Origin: Planctomycetota bacterium | GTDB taxonomy: Bacteria; Planctomycetota; Phycisphaerae; Phycisphaerales; SM1A02 | NCBI GenBank assembly: GCA_036339395.1 | Contig: JAYZBD010000099.1 | Span: 1-59,245 of the forward strand | Direction: 5' to 3' | Length of the DNA: 59,245 nucleotides | Part shown: positions 58,716-59,245 of the stretch, piece after piece | How positions within the stretch are numbered: the first letter of the stretch is position 1 | How the letters are laid out: every line of letters begins with the position of its first letter | Notes under the pieces: generated by a model | Database searches by the model: none | Told to the model about the DNA's origin: nothing | What the model saw: only the letters and a program-made list of their open reading frames with translations | Program-made: the position numbers and the translations under genes

Positions 58716-59245
58716 CTACCCCTGAGGGCCTCGGCCTCGATTTTTAAGGAGTCGCTGTATCTCTCGTTCTCCGAGGCTCCGCACGTTTCTGAGTTCATCC
58801 ATGTGCGATATCGGTTTCACATAGTATTTTGACCCTAGTTCTTCAATGGCGAACAGTTCATCAATTTCCTGAATAATCAATTGCCAGAGATAGGCCGACT
58901 TGTCTGTGCTCCCATACCACTTGTCCCATGAGGACCGTGTTGGCTGCTCGCTATAGGTCGTTGAAACGTACTCTCCATTCGAGTTATAGCGATGATTTGC
59001 AATAGTATCGAAACTGTAACTTTGGCGATCAGGATCGCTTGCCTGCGCATCATCCACGTTGTTCTTGATGGATTGAATAAGGCCTGTTCGCCTGTCAAAG
59101 TTCACCTCTGCATGGGTCCACGCCTTGGCTGCGTTCAGGAACGCCATGGCTCCATAGCCTTCGCCCCCACAGGGAGTCCATGTTTGATCCTTGTTCACAT
59201 GTTCTGCGATATGGCTGACGAGTAATTTCTTATGGGCTTTCCAGC
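58716..59245 (-). CDS. Hypothetical protein, 5'-truncated by the window edge, in a low-GC segment
   Basis: The frame stays open upstream of the track's GTG (59198) to the window end (...WKAHKKLLVSHIAEHVNKDQTW...). Ends in TAG. No motif recognised. GC is clearly lower than the rest of the window. Confidence 0.5.
   Translation of the reverse strand, partial: WKAHKKLLVSHIAEHVNKDQTWTPCGGEGYGAMAFLNAAKAWTHAEVNFDRRTGLIQSIKNNVDDAQASDPDRQSYSFDTIANHRYNSNGEYVSTTYSEQPTRSSWDKWYGSTDKSAYLWQLIIQEIDELFAIEELGSKYYVKPISHMDELRNVRSLGEREIQRLLKNRGRGPQG

Overview
High-GC bacterial chromosomal window (hand-counted lines are about 60% GC). It is densely coding on both strands: about 58 CDS and 2 tRNAs, with no rRNA, CRISPR array or transposase. 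Most genes are dispersed housekeeping genes: icd, yebC, xerC/D-like, rplS-trmD-rpsP, rpmI-rplT, prfB, rpsO-pnp, ndk, metK, rsmB, truD, tadA, tatC, queC, gyrB, ilvE and pheT. Many neighbours share ATGA/GTGA start-stop overlaps. A Planctomycetota-like lineage is suggested by four things: hopanoid hpnH, a futalosine-pathway radical SAM enzyme, pseudopilin-like proteins with a DG-type C-terminal motif, and scattered ribosomal mini-operons. This lineage call is inference only. Observations worth a second look: (1) a complete type IIB topoisomerase operon (Topo VI B+A) with polybasic tails, coexisting with gyrB; (2) an SNF2-family helicase split by a single in-frame TAG, translationally coupled to a SWIM-like protein that has lost its zinc ligands; (3) an HhH-fold protein fused to a histone-H1-like (AAPKKK)n tail; (4) an ECF sigma / anti-sigma pair whose anti-sigma carries a pseudopilin-like outer domain; (5) a coupled operon of two paralogous lipoproteins plus a degenerate pseudopilin; (6) a 620-nt ORF-poor gap next to tRNA-Lys; (7) an abrupt low-GC segment beside tRNA-Met at the window edge; (8) near-exclusive TGA stop usage (52 of 58 termini) and the classical prfB +1 frameshift. 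I found no clear self-contained novel system such as a defence island. The Topo VI locus and the SNF2/SWIM module are the best candidates.
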